IMG/VR virus record: IMGVR_UViG_3300047669_001596
Coordinates: 1 to 31,025 of that record
From: a virus
Taxonomy: Duplodnaviria > Caudoviricetes
Reading direction: 5' to 3' (one strand)
DNA: 31,025 nt
A model generated the notes under the pieces. The model searched no databases, was not told the DNA's origin, and worked only from the letters and a program-made list of their open reading frames with translations. Numbering within the stretch: the stretch's first letter is position 1; the number at the start of each line of letters is the position of its first letter. Below, in pieces: positions 11,201 to 18,313 of the stretch. The translations under genes were made by a program, and so were the position numbers.

Positions 11201-11746
11201 CATCTCTTTCCGTTTTGTATCGTTTAACATACCCACTTGATTTGGACCATCGGAAGCAAACGCATTTCTCATCATGGCCGCCTTCATGTCATCTTGGAAT
11301 CGTTCATGAGCAGCGTGGGTTTGGTTAGCATATACACTTATGGAAGGTTTGTCCGTGTCCAACGACAGAGTGTCATTTGAGGGGTTGCCCATTATCTGTG
11401 GGAACTTCAGCAATTTTAGCACAAGTTCCGACTTGGAAACATCTTCACCTACCTTGTTTACGCTACGGCCGTAGTGATTCATTATCAGTTGATCACTTTG
11501 CTTATCTAAATAATGATTCCAACGGGGTGTGTCCTGTTCGTTTGTAGCACTCCAGTAAATTGTTCCGCGGTCTGAGTATATTTGTTCCACACTTTTCGCT
11601 ATGGACAATCTATCCGTAGAATATCGGAAAGGTGTGAAAATGAAACCCTTTGGATGTGGGTTGCCGGCCGAGGGATTGACCGACTTTTTGTTCTTTTGCT
11701 TCTTGGGCATCAACCCTTTCTTAGAAATCTGTATTTTTGTGGTCAT
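5285..11746 (-). CDS. Tail tube initiator-like baseplate protein (gp48/gp54-like domain) with a very long repeat-containing C-terminal extension, 2153 aa
   Basis: Directly after the tape measure gene. Residues ~270-500 (FRSFINSISDQSDAEWQDVRYIGRADNVQIYTGFTRQVSIDF...PPFLKLNIGDMY...VTLSFKFL) resemble tube-fold initiator proteins. The remainder carries FN3/Ig-like and Cys-flanked modules. Confidence 0.65.
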   Translation of the reverse strand: MTTKIQISKKGLMPKKQKNKKSVNPSAGNPHPKGFIFTPFRYSTDRLSIAKSVEQIYSDRGTIYWSATNEQDTPRWNHYLDKQSDQLIMNHYGRSVNKVGEDVSKSELVLKLLKFPQIMGNPSNDTLSLDTDKPSISVYANQTHAAHERFQDDMKAAMMRNAFASDGPNQVGMLNDTKRKEMIDSISAGKETDAKKFINVGGSTRKDELKENASKKYEDRYKKSKDHVSKKKQPNYTSGPMIKYDEYNKLYPLPDPTDSLVKIPDSEKLWRDWDFVPFILHDIVNKKYIPFRSFINSISDQSDAEWQDVRYIGRADNVQIYTGFTRQVSIDFTVAAFSLKELHPMWQRLNYLVGLTKPAGYTSQVDDESSVAIGGFIIPPFLKLNIGDMYVDQPVVMPSVAITIPPEAAWELTSDEVNRSEGYQYLNNTFTTKKEDNVLVAQYPNMAQVTLSFKFLEKRLPKLNNRHFGHWRSEDEPVSEDTHDNGPIMEQGFNYNLIYPNPSRKIPEPTGVVGGDGPEGELAKKPAEPDPFEGTDNPSCTSYPPSKHYIGRTSGMKKTKKPGRYKSDLESWKSCACENTAALMGIDQVTSCDWNGTKCIETINGKKVPEGMTCMYTSAFNDEPREEEDDIKEPPRCPYPVGGYDEKNDEPDGDLIGYLDKDLYEKKDAKYMASLELRNLNLWLREVADWIADEIGQPHIGSGPFTFDVYKLTPGHQAKTANGELSAEPEAKRRKDPGTRSNIFRVYSKTGAVWMEFNGNGQPHIYNGERAPSAVYGKFKINCTPEEIEEIREIAGNTQPVIIGSMRITMNSSSGVIKLDKNGSQQINPNNYKKVDEVRKLLAEFVSREIGTTTSPNIPSPEDDTGTRKHSLTDAMRGHLNTDQYPLSKWGDLAKDAHKGTGIETDDMYYIPYEDDRNKMIKGHKVYPGTYEYTYYKYDDNVESRLNLPTDTEGSKISGQGMSELTIGFYALVSKTKQRISSTPVDIESEDDLADMLWDRLYKYNGYTNIEHGTDEAGNKTRTNVKHEAEAGDGFKSDDEMAYQLDPSDTGRFVRERERLQKALVAEDENIPFQLANPKIPVLNYRIVGAWNKVQRQELLERMADMQYQPIIAKHYNGGATRNAIENHLMLLLGTEEEDIATATTEYKARANKGTLMRPDPEAEKETDTTYLVKKIEDQEHFLLEIERKVDMGEIKGNKGLEEQGVYFENKTSDGHFEPWVKDHLLEKIEWVNTSWTNPPKDPESSQVPRPEPTTDTPTPNRKPTWQWPSVPDAKLYEIKFLGVTTVTEDNYFTPPNILAIGTHIISVKAGVPARSGSGTDWSTPGSHEVQIDKRATPPKPPKCPYAVGEVGATDQYTRSVGPKTSDEAVNLVVDRNLKMWMGDVMAYIVADQNIGNLTYPCDPGKVDFVKDNYGYTSVYEQNKLEWMGYDGNPWRLNGKRLVIPNDDSGISPYLKVFDFTCGPTLDDPDKGGDVTTQPSEPLKTPEPTAESPTTNSKPEFTWPAVDEATAYRVSLAKVNDTYVSPGVYAYKPEIDYGVIQYSKELKAFPLLALKEGFYQVTVIAEKKQNGKLVKTSKKGEYVFEVKDPAPITSLETPNPSTKSPTNELKIKWSWASVTNATRYEVSLSTTKPAGDIDDASNSAEYEIVENLGVVAESPETEYEMTFVAGGYYELSVIAKNDELVSEPGTHVVHIDPELKITEDCGPPPPETSPQADDTYTKFNFRDAETKEFKKDQGDEPFATFFGETHRQKKQGLARHVGYWKSAVCAWIVCDMTGKSLWKESNEGEERLPPDALTVGRWGWSEGDAKARGELSRTMRPTTIESEHFSGKVPQKYRDMFREYKYGRPDLTFGKWIKNWTQWDPDTIYSSGKTVWYGVLPFFPKEDLEADRDEMKTKYAGELKNVWTVVSNPPSAPFEWPHGSNTVVTSGDDYGDDSYQVPPGNFKWESARFKTSAYVPGVTDVWAHASSPGTSIPDNADDTGKHLDTAPDVCSDDNRGAIQDWYRKVALMVVKKDWNNNDGEIQQEEIKDSSSRPQSEGVISLDYLSKPESIVCWPYIVELEVQDWGAKKPRLINYNCQQIAILAKKEGYGLSDSSKTFEALCVVNSTPGTKADFTSPQKWGKDGRTQKWWVGDGGTPPEKTQFWKNSYEI
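6657..7985 (-). repeat. Three diverged FN3/Ig-like protein modules within the 2153-aa gene
   Basis: TPTPNRKPTWQWPSVPDAKLYEI..., SPTTNSKPEFTWPAVDEATAYRV... and SPTNELKIKWSWASVTNATRYEV... share W-x-x-V-x-x-A-x-x-Y-x-V/I, a later G-x-(H/Y)-x-x-x-V-x-A strand and a terminal G-x-(H/Y)-x-x-x-(I/V) strand. Confidence 0.65.
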
Positions 11747-11754
11747 ATCTTTTA

Positions 11755-14700
11755 TTAATCATGTGCCTTTGCTACTGATTTTGATACCTTGCGGCCGTCC
11801 ATGTTCACGGAAATTCCACCATTCTGCATAAGCTTAATTAGTTCGTCAAGTTTTTTTACAACTTTTTGCGAGTCTTCTTGTTGTTCCCCACTTGCAGTTT
11901 GTGCAGATGGTGATTTGAGTTTGGCAATCTCGTCGACAAAAACAGATTCCCCTCGGATATATATAGATTCAAACTGACCCATGTCGTTATCACCGGTGAC
12001 ACTCTGTTCAAACGCTGGTTCGGAAAAATCAAACCAATCAAGTATTTTAGATGGGTCCGGTAATATATTACTAGCAAAGTCGGCAATTCGTGTGAACATA
12101 TTCGTGGATGATTCGGCCGAAGTTGTCTGAAGTTTGGTGCTGATCGATTCTTCCACATTGGGGATGGCCGTTGTGGATGCAAGTTCCTCTGCAATCGGTT
12201 CAGTTACTGGTTTGGAGAATATCTCCGCAAGTGTTGGCGTAGTTGGAGTTGCTTCTTCAATTGGTGTTTGTGCAGGTTGCGGAATTGGGGCAGAGGATAT
12301 CTCCTCAAGAGTCGGTGAAGTAGGTGTTGGTGTAGGTTGTGGAATTGGGGTAGAGAATATATCCGCAAGTGTTGGTGTAGTTGGAGTTGCTTCTTCAATT
12401 GGTGTTTGTGTAGGTTGTGGAATTGGGGCAGAGGATATCTCCTCAAGAGTCGGTGAAGTAGGTGTTTGTGTAGGTTGTGGAATTGGGGCAGAGAATATAT
12501 CCGCAAGTGTTGGTGTAGTTGGAGTTGCTTCTTCAATTGGTGTTTGTGTAGGTTGTGGAATTGGGGTAGAGAATACATCCGCAAGTGTTGGTGTAGTTGG
12601 TTGTATATCAGAATGGATTTCCTTGAGAATGGAAATATCTTGTTGTACAAGTTTAACCCCGTGTTGGATTCGGGCCAGGCCAACCGGATCATCTGCATAC
12701 TTTGCGGTCTCTTCGGCAAGAAATATCTCTCGGCTTGCAATTTGTTTCGTTACATCCTCGTGTGTAGTATATACCTTTCTGAGATGTTGCTCTCGTTTTA
12801 CCTCGGTGTCCGTTTTATTGGCCAAGTCAGACGGAGAAGATTCTTGACCTACAACAAACTCTTCAATTGTGGGAGGAGACACTTCCATTAGTTTAGCAGG
12901 AAGAGTTCCCTCTATCACAGAACCCACAGAACCCATATTACCAGTCGTCCCGGTCGGTCCTTCCAGACCACTTACACCCCGTGTGCCGATGGTTTTCAGT
13001 TCACCCAATTTTTGCATATCTAGTTTTTCAATGGTATTTGTCAATGACCCAAGTTCTGCATTAATTGCCTTTAGTGCCTGGATGGCAGGATCTTCTATTC
13101 CTGAAAATACGTTCATTGCATCCACAAATGCAGAAGCAAACGTTTTTAACTTACCCGCACTCTCTTCATCAAGGGTGTGACCCACGGCCTGCAATTCCTT
13201 TAGTTGACCAATTAGACTTATGTCACCCACACCCGATAGTTTCGATATACTTTCAACAAATTTTACAAACGAAGAACCCGTGGCCTTGAAAAACTTTCCG
13301 ATGGACTCACCTTCTCCGTCATTTACATAATCAGCAAATTCCTCTATACCTTTTCCAATGTCAATTAAAATGCTATCAAATCCTTCACTTGGAAGTGGTG
13401 CTTGGGCAAATGCTTTTAAGAATGGAATCATTCCTTGTTGTATTGTTACGAGATGTGGTAATATTGTTAAGTCGGTGGGTGCGAGTTCATCAAAGAATTG
13501 AAAAATTCCATCTCCCACATTGTTCATAATTGAGTGTACATCTTCTGGAATTGATGACAGTGGAATTTTCGCAAAGTTAGTTATAAACGGAGTTATTCCT
13601 GTGTCTATTTCCACCAAGTTAGGTAATATAGTTAAATCTGTTGGTGCAAGTTCATTAAAGAAGTGATAGATACCGTCACCAAGATCATTCATAATAGAAC
13701 TTACGTCTTCAGAAATAGATGACAAAGGAAGTTCCGAGAAGTCTTTCACGAATGGAATCATACTAACTCCAATCTCAGGTAATATCTTTATTTTTGATGT
13801 ATTTACTTCGTCCATTGCATCAAAAAATTCTTCTAAACCGTCAGCAACTTTTATTAAATTCTTAGAATCGCTTGTTTTTATTTTAGGTAACGAACGAGAT
13901 AATCCATTTAATAATTTAGTTAAACCTCCTGTTATTTTGTCGATGGAAGTAATTGTGGTTGGTTTTACACTTTCAAAAACATTAATAAAATCACCCAACC
14001 CATCACTTACCATTTCTATTTTATCACCAAAATCATCGGTTATGTTATTAAGAAATCCTCCTAAGTTTAAACCACTTAGAATTTCAAGTGATTCTATATT
14101 TAAATCTACTGAACCCAATTTATCAATAAATCCCATAAGTTGATCAATTGGATCTTGTGGCGCATCTGCTCCAAACATTCCAGCAAGTGAATTCCCCATT
14201 GCACCGACAGCGTTTCCAATTCCCGCAGTTGCATTACCTGCTCCAAATGACGATAATGCGTCACCAAAAGTTTGCAATGCAGAAGCAGCCGTTTCTAAAA
14301 TTGTTTCCATACCAGCAAGACGATCAAACGAATCTAGCAATGAACCAATTTTATCAGATACTAATATAATTGATTCGGATTCTTTTGCGAAATCAAGTAT
14401 TTTTTGTAGTGGAGATTTATTGAGTTCTTTTGTATCTGCACCGAACAAACCTGCAACTCCATTTCCAAGTGCACCTACTGCATTGCCCACCCCTGAAGCA
14501 GCTGCTCCGATGCCTGCACCAAGACCAAATCCGGCCATCGCCGCACCTACTGCAACCAATGCACCGGCAACTGCTAACAAATTACCCGCATCGATTTCGG
14601 CCAGACGAGTTATATCATCAACCATTACATTTATCGCACCCGAGACGGAATCTATCACAATGGCAATACCCTCTGCAACTGAAGTTATAAAACCGGTAAT

Positions 14701-17700
14701 CACATCACCAATTGCAGTTATCACAGATGCTATCGCATCACCAACAGATGTAACTATTGACGCAATTGCCGTGGCCACGTTTACGATAACATCACCCATC
14801 GTTTTAAATCCGATAATCACTCTATCGAGAACCCCCAATATAAAACCACCAAGGACTTCTGCGAATTTCAGAAGAGCTGCAATTAGACTCTGCATTACGG
14901 GGACCAATGCGGTGGCCAGGCCGATGACCATCTTACCCCAGGCCTCCATCAATGGTGTTACTAAACTCAGACCATATCCAAGTGGTATAAACGCAAGTGA
15001 TAATAATAAAAGTGCAGCTGCTCCTGCTATAGTCACTGGTGCAAATGCACCCAACAAAGCTCCGGCAACCCCTAGAAGAGTAATTCCGGCAGCTGCCAGG
15101 GCGAATTCACCCCAACCGACACCCTTCAACAAGGTCATAGCAAATGCAAATGGAACTAACGAAGCACCTAATATTGCTATAGCAAACGCACCCTGCATCA
15201 ACGATTTCTTTGCTTTATCCATGCTTTTAGCCATCGCTACCAGACCGGCCATCGCAGCGAATCCGAGCCATGCAGTTGACCAATCAACTTTTCCAAACTC
15301 TTGAAATGCTTTTGCCGTAATCCATACCGCACCTGCAAGAATGACCATCGCGACAGCTGCTTTAATCATCTTTCCTGTTTTTAGTTTATTGATTGCCTTG
15401 GAAATACTAGTAAGAAAACCACCACCACCACCAGCGGCTCCGGCCGTTGCAGACGTTTTAATCAAAGCTGCTATAATTGACAATATACCAGGTATGACTT
15501 TAAGAGCAACGATTGCAAGTCCAATGCCGATTAAGAGGCCTAACCAATTCTCCGCGACAAATTTGACTGCATCAACGATACCTCCGATGACAGCTTTTAA
15601 TTTCTCCATCCTTGCCGTGCCTTCACCCGTTTCCCCCGTAAACGATTTTATGAAGCCCAACAACTCGGGTACATACCCCTTGACAATTGGAAGCAAAATC
15701 GTAGTAATTTTGTGCCACTCGGCCTTGAGTTCGTCCATGATGCCTTTTTGCGCTTCCAGCAGTTTGTTTTTTTCGTGCAAAATTTTAAGTTTCTCCAGTT
15801 CAGACTTACCTTCGTCCACCTGGAGTTTGGCCCTCTTAGCTAAGATTTCCTTAGCCTCCACATCTCCTGCGTTGGCCGCCCGTTGAAGCATGTTTTCGGT
15901 TTCGCGGGCTTTGTTCATGTTCATGAGTTCACCAACCGAAGTACCCATTGCATCGGCAAGTGCTTTTTGTTGCCAACGACTCATGTTTTCCAAACCACCC
16001 AACGAATCCATAATTTTGAATCGTTCTTTCATCATTCCATTTACGTCACCAGCCATTGCGGCCTGTCGTAGACCGTTCATGCTTATGTGACGACCAAACA
16101 TTGAACTTGCTTGCATCTCGGAGTTGATGCTTCCTTCAAAATCCAACAATGATTCGGCGGAGGAGGCTGCATCTGACAAACTCGATCCCATTCTTCTTGC
16201 ATGGATAGCACCCAGTGCAAGTGCCTTCGCAGAACCTTTGGCAAATATCAGGGCCTCTTCACCTGCGGCTGATACATCTTCCATTACTTGAGCATACTTA
16301 ACCCCGTGCTTCTGAGAAAGTGTTTTCATTTCCATGGCCAAACCTTCGGCCTCTCCTTTTGCAGTTGCCCCAAGTTTCATCAGGTTTGCCATCGCACCTG
16401 TCGTGGTTGCGGCCGCTATTCCGGTTGCGCTTTCCAGCACGGCAACAAACTCAATTTGTGCAGCGGTGGCATGATCTACGGTCGCATTTACATCGGACCA
16501 TGCAGCGGCCGACTCATAAAATTTTTCGGCCCATATGCCCATGTTTTTCCATCTACCCTCCATTTCAAGGATTCGGTCACCAAGGCCTTGGACTTGTTCG
16601 GCCCCCATTCCCATTTGCAATCGGAAATCTCTTGATAGACCCTCAAGTCTACTCATTTCACCCCATGCACTTTTCAACAAAAATACAAGTGCGCCGACAA
16701 CAACAAGAACAAGTGTAAACGGATTAAGCAATGCACCCATTATTGCTTTACCCATTCCACCAATTGCACCACCGATTCCTCCGATGTTCTTTTTCATTGC
16801 AGTGGCAAAACTGTCTCCCTCTGCCATTGATGATTGCATTCCTTCCGTAAATCCTTGCCATTGTTTCTTTGACTGTTCAGCGGCCTCTTTAAGTGGACCT
16901 TCCACGTGTGATTTAAGCAAACCACCAACAAGTGGTAGTGAACCGAGTGTATCCGATATCCCACCTGCGATTGAATCAAATGAACCCATTACAGCATCAT
17001 TTGCAGCTCCCCATTTTTTAATATAATCATCCATCCCAGGACCCAATCTTTCGAGTTCCTTTTTTTGCTGGTCTATTAAATCAACTTGTGCAGCGGAAAG
17101 ATCTAAGTTATTTCTTTGTAGTTGTCTACGAGTGGCAGTTATTTGATTTATGCTCTTACCTGCATTTACTTCCTTTATTATAGTTGCAAGATAACCATCA
17201 TGTATACTTTTCAAACCCACTTGTTGTGCTTGCAGTCCAGTTATATGTCCCTGTTGTTCAATAATACTGCGGTTTGCTTCTTTTATTATCTCACTATATT
17301 CCTTGTATGCATCGGATTCAAATGGGGTTGCGGCTCTTGCCTGCTCGGTCATAAGCACGTTTCGTTGTTGATCGGCAATGTCATCCGTAAGTTTTACTTC
17401 ATCACCTTTCATCTTCTCAATTCGTTGTTGGATACTTACTTGCTGATCCAAGGCCTCCATGCCAAGTTCAGTTGTATCGGTTATTCCATTTAAGTTTGTA
17501 TGCAACGAAATTAAAGTGTTATCAATAGCCTCATAACCGGTCTTGATTCCAGTCAGTTGGCCATCCATTTTGGCCAGTTTGTCCTCACCTGTAATTTCTA
17601 TATTCGCAGCGGAGTTTGCTTCAAGAAAATTATCACGGACTTGCTTTGTCAAGTCCTTTACTTCTGACATGGGTCCAGACGCAAATTCACTCAATGCCGA

Positions 17701-17736
17701 TTGAATGTTTCTGCTTACGTCTTGTATATCCTCCAT
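11755..17736 (-). CDS. Tape measure protein, 1993 aa
   Basis: Long Ala/Gly/Leu-rich helical protein with coiled coils, hydrophobic stretches and 11-residue periodicity (GDVIVNVATAI/ASIVTSVGDAI/ASVITAIGDVI/TGFITSVAEGI). Lies downstream of the tail tube and chaperone genes. C-terminus is ISVNMDGRKV. Confidence 0.9.
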   Translation of the reverse strand: MEDIQDVSRNIQSALSEFASGPMSEVKDLTKQVRDNFLEANSAANIEITGEDKLAKMDGQLTGIKTGYEAIDNTLISLHTNLNGITDTTELGMEALDQQVSIQQRIEKMKGDEVKLTDDIADQQRNVLMTEQARAATPFESDAYKEYSEIIKEANRSIIEQQGHITGLQAQQVGLKSIHDGYLATIIKEVNAGKSINQITATRRQLQRNNLDLSAAQVDLIDQQKKELERLGPGMDDYIKKWGAANDAVMGSFDSIAGGISDTLGSLPLVGGLLKSHVEGPLKEAAEQSKKQWQGFTEGMQSSMAEGDSFATAMKKNIGGIGGAIGGMGKAIMGALLNPFTLVLVVVGALVFLLKSAWGEMSRLEGLSRDFRLQMGMGAEQVQGLGDRILEMEGRWKNMGIWAEKFYESAAAWSDVNATVDHATAAQIEFVAVLESATGIAAATTTGAMANLMKLGATAKGEAEGLAMEMKTLSQKHGVKYAQVMEDVSAAGEEALIFAKGSAKALALGAIHARRMGSSLSDAASSAESLLDFEGSINSEMQASSMFGRHISMNGLRQAAMAGDVNGMMKERFKIMDSLGGLENMSRWQQKALADAMGTSVGELMNMNKARETENMLQRAANAGDVEAKEILAKRAKLQVDEGKSELEKLKILHEKNKLLEAQKGIMDELKAEWHKITTILLPIVKGYVPELLGFIKSFTGETGEGTARMEKLKAVIGGIVDAVKFVAENWLGLLIGIGLAIVALKVIPGILSIIAALIKTSATAGAAGGGGGFLTSISKAINKLKTGKMIKAAVAMVILAGAVWITAKAFQEFGKVDWSTAWLGFAAMAGLVAMAKSMDKAKKSLMQGAFAIAILGASLVPFAFAMTLLKGVGWGEFALAAAGITLLGVAGALLGAFAPVTIAGAAALLLLSLAFIPLGYGLSLVTPLMEAWGKMVIGLATALVPVMQSLIAALLKFAEVLGGFILGVLDRVIIGFKTMGDVIVNVATAIASIVTSVGDAIASVITAIGDVITGFITSVAEGIAIVIDSVSGAINVMVDDITRLAEIDAGNLLAVAGALVAVGAAMAGFGLGAGIGAAASGVGNAVGALGNGVAGLFGADTKELNKSPLQKILDFAKESESIILVSDKIGSLLDSFDRLAGMETILETAASALQTFGDALSSFGAGNATAGIGNAVGAMGNSLAGMFGADAPQDPIDQLMGFIDKLGSVDLNIESLEILSGLNLGGFLNNITDDFGDKIEMVSDGLGDFINVFESVKPTTITSIDKITGGLTKLLNGLSRSLPKIKTSDSKNLIKVADGLEEFFDAMDEVNTSKIKILPEIGVSMIPFVKDFSELPLSSISEDVSSIMNDLGDGIYHFFNELAPTDLTILPNLVEIDTGITPFITNFAKIPLSSIPEDVHSIMNNVGDGIFQFFDELAPTDLTILPHLVTIQQGMIPFLKAFAQAPLPSEGFDSILIDIGKGIEEFADYVNDGEGESIGKFFKATGSSFVKFVESISKLSGVGDISLIGQLKELQAVGHTLDEESAGKLKTFASAFVDAMNVFSGIEDPAIQALKAINAELGSLTNTIEKLDMQKLGELKTIGTRGVSGLEGPTGTTGNMGSVGSVIEGTLPAKLMEVSPPTIEEFVVGQESSPSDLANKTDTEVKREQHLRKVYTTHEDVTKQIASREIFLAEETAKYADDPVGLARIQHGVKLVQQDISILKEIHSDIQPTTPTLADVFSTPIPQPTQTPIEEATPTTPTLADIFSAPIPQPTQTPTSPTLEEISSAPIPQPTQTPIEEATPTTPTLADIFSTPIPQPTPTPTSPTLEEISSAPIPQPAQTPIEEATPTTPTLAEIFSKPVTEPIAEELASTTAIPNVEESISTKLQTTSAESSTNMFTRIADFASNILPDPSKILDWFDFSEPAFEQSVTGDNDMGQFESIYIRGESVFVDEIAKLKSPSAQTASGEQQEDSQKVVKKLDELIKLMQNGGISVNMDGRKVSKSVAKAHD
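12215..12603 (-). repeat. In-frame tandem repeat (78-bp and 60-bp subunits, 138-bp higher-order period) encoding a Pro/Thr-rich tract
   Basis: GAGAAT anchors at 12215, 12353, 12491 and 12569 (spacings 138, 138, 78). Protein units are PTTPTLADIFSTPIPQPTQT and PTSPTLEEISSAPIPQPTQTPIEEAT. Confidence 0.95.
13328..14020 (-). repeat. Diverged ~55-aa (165-bp) repeats in the tape measure protein
   Basis: IMNDLGDGIYHFFNELAPTDLTILP (starts 13695) and IMNNVGDGIFQFFDELAPTDLTILP (starts 13530) are 165 nt apart. More diverged flanking copies are VSDGLGDF, VADGLEEFF and IGKGIEEF. Confidence 0.8.
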
Positions 17737-17759
17737 GCGAATAACCGATTAAAATAAGA

Positions 17760-17999
17760 TTAACCCCGTGGGAATTTATCTATATCAGATGTGCCATAAT
17801 AGTCCTTGAGTTTCTTGCGAAATTCTTCCGCACCCTTGACATAATCTTCAAGTGCCGATTTGAACCTCGGGTCTCTCGCGGCGAGTTTCATAACCGCCTT
17901 GGATTTCTTCCCAAAAATCCACTTTGCGATAGTACCTATAAACTCGTTTAATTGTTCCTCAGTAAGAGGTTTATTTATTTTTACATTGCCATTTTCCAT
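17760..17999 (-). CDS. Small hypothetical protein (79 aa), possible internal virion protein
   Basis: ORF fills the gap before the tape measure gene. SD-like AAAGGAAA and an ATATTTAT motif lie upstream. Confidence 0.75.
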   Translation of the reverse strand: MENGNVKINKPLTEEQLNEFIGTIAKWIFGKKSKAVMKLAARDPRFKSALEDYVKGAEEFRKKLKDYYGTSDIDKFPRG

Positions 18000-18032
18000 A
18001 TATAAATTTCCTTTGCGTACATATATCCAAAT

Positions 18033-18040
18033 ATAAATAT
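18033..18040 (-). promoter_or_regulatory. ATATTTAT putative late promoter motif
   Basis: One of 9 intergenic copies. Upstream of the 79-aa gene and tape measure operon. Confidence 0.55.
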
Positions 18041-18070
18041 ATGCTTTTGAAAATTTATATATAATATTGA

Positions 18071-18313
18071 CTATCTAAATGAACTCGGTGGTCGTGCGGT
18101 GGACGACCGGGAAGAAGACGAGTTTGCTTTTGATTGCTGAGCCTTTATTTTATCCGACTCTTTTGTTTTTACATCAAGTAGCTTCTTTGAGTAGAACCTA
18201 CGCAAGTAAATTGGCATATTATACACAATGCTTTGGTTAAAAGCACCTTCACTATAATAGCAGAGATTAAAAATCTCTTCGTGGAGTTGGACTCTATACT
18301 CCTGAGGAAGGGT
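18071..18313 (-). CDS. Frameshift-accessed C-terminal extension of the tail assembly chaperone (lambda gpT-like role; T4 gp51-like), 80 aa
   Basis: Translated by hand: TLPQEYRVQLHEEIFNLCYYSEGAFNQSIVYNMPIYLRRFYSKKLLDVKTKE...SSFR* (TAG 18071-18073). It is in the +1 frame relative to 18294..19205. An in-frame TAG lies just upstream of the U7 run and the first 29 codons contain no ATG/GTG/TTG. Confidence 0.8.
   Translation of the reverse strand, partial: TLPQEYRVQLHEEIFNLCYYSEGAFNQSIVYNMPIYLRRFYSKKLLDVKTKESDKIKAQQSKANSSSSRSSTARPPSSFR

Noticed and set aside
1367-11746. Inteins, introns or a diversity-generating retroelement to explain the oversized baseplate genes
   Set aside because: No intein terminal motifs (His-Asn followed by Cys/Ser/Thr) or homing endonuclease motifs recognised, no reverse transcriptase, and no near-identical template/variable repeat pair noticed.
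12215-12603. Tandem repeat as a possible CRISPR array
   Set aside because: Units are contiguous multiples of 3 within an ORF, there are no unique spacers, and no cas genes are present.
12134-17493. Long + strand ORFs (e.g. 12134..12847, 14420..15304, 15341..15886, 16535..17026)
   Set aside because: Antisense shadows of the tape measure gene caused by its codon bias and repeats. No independent motifs or start signals.
18294-18296. TAG readthrough or stop-codon reassignment as the explanation for the ORF after the chaperone
   Set aside because: In-frame readthrough hits TAA after 8 codons and the protein-like sequence is in the +1 frame. All other genes are intact in the standard code.
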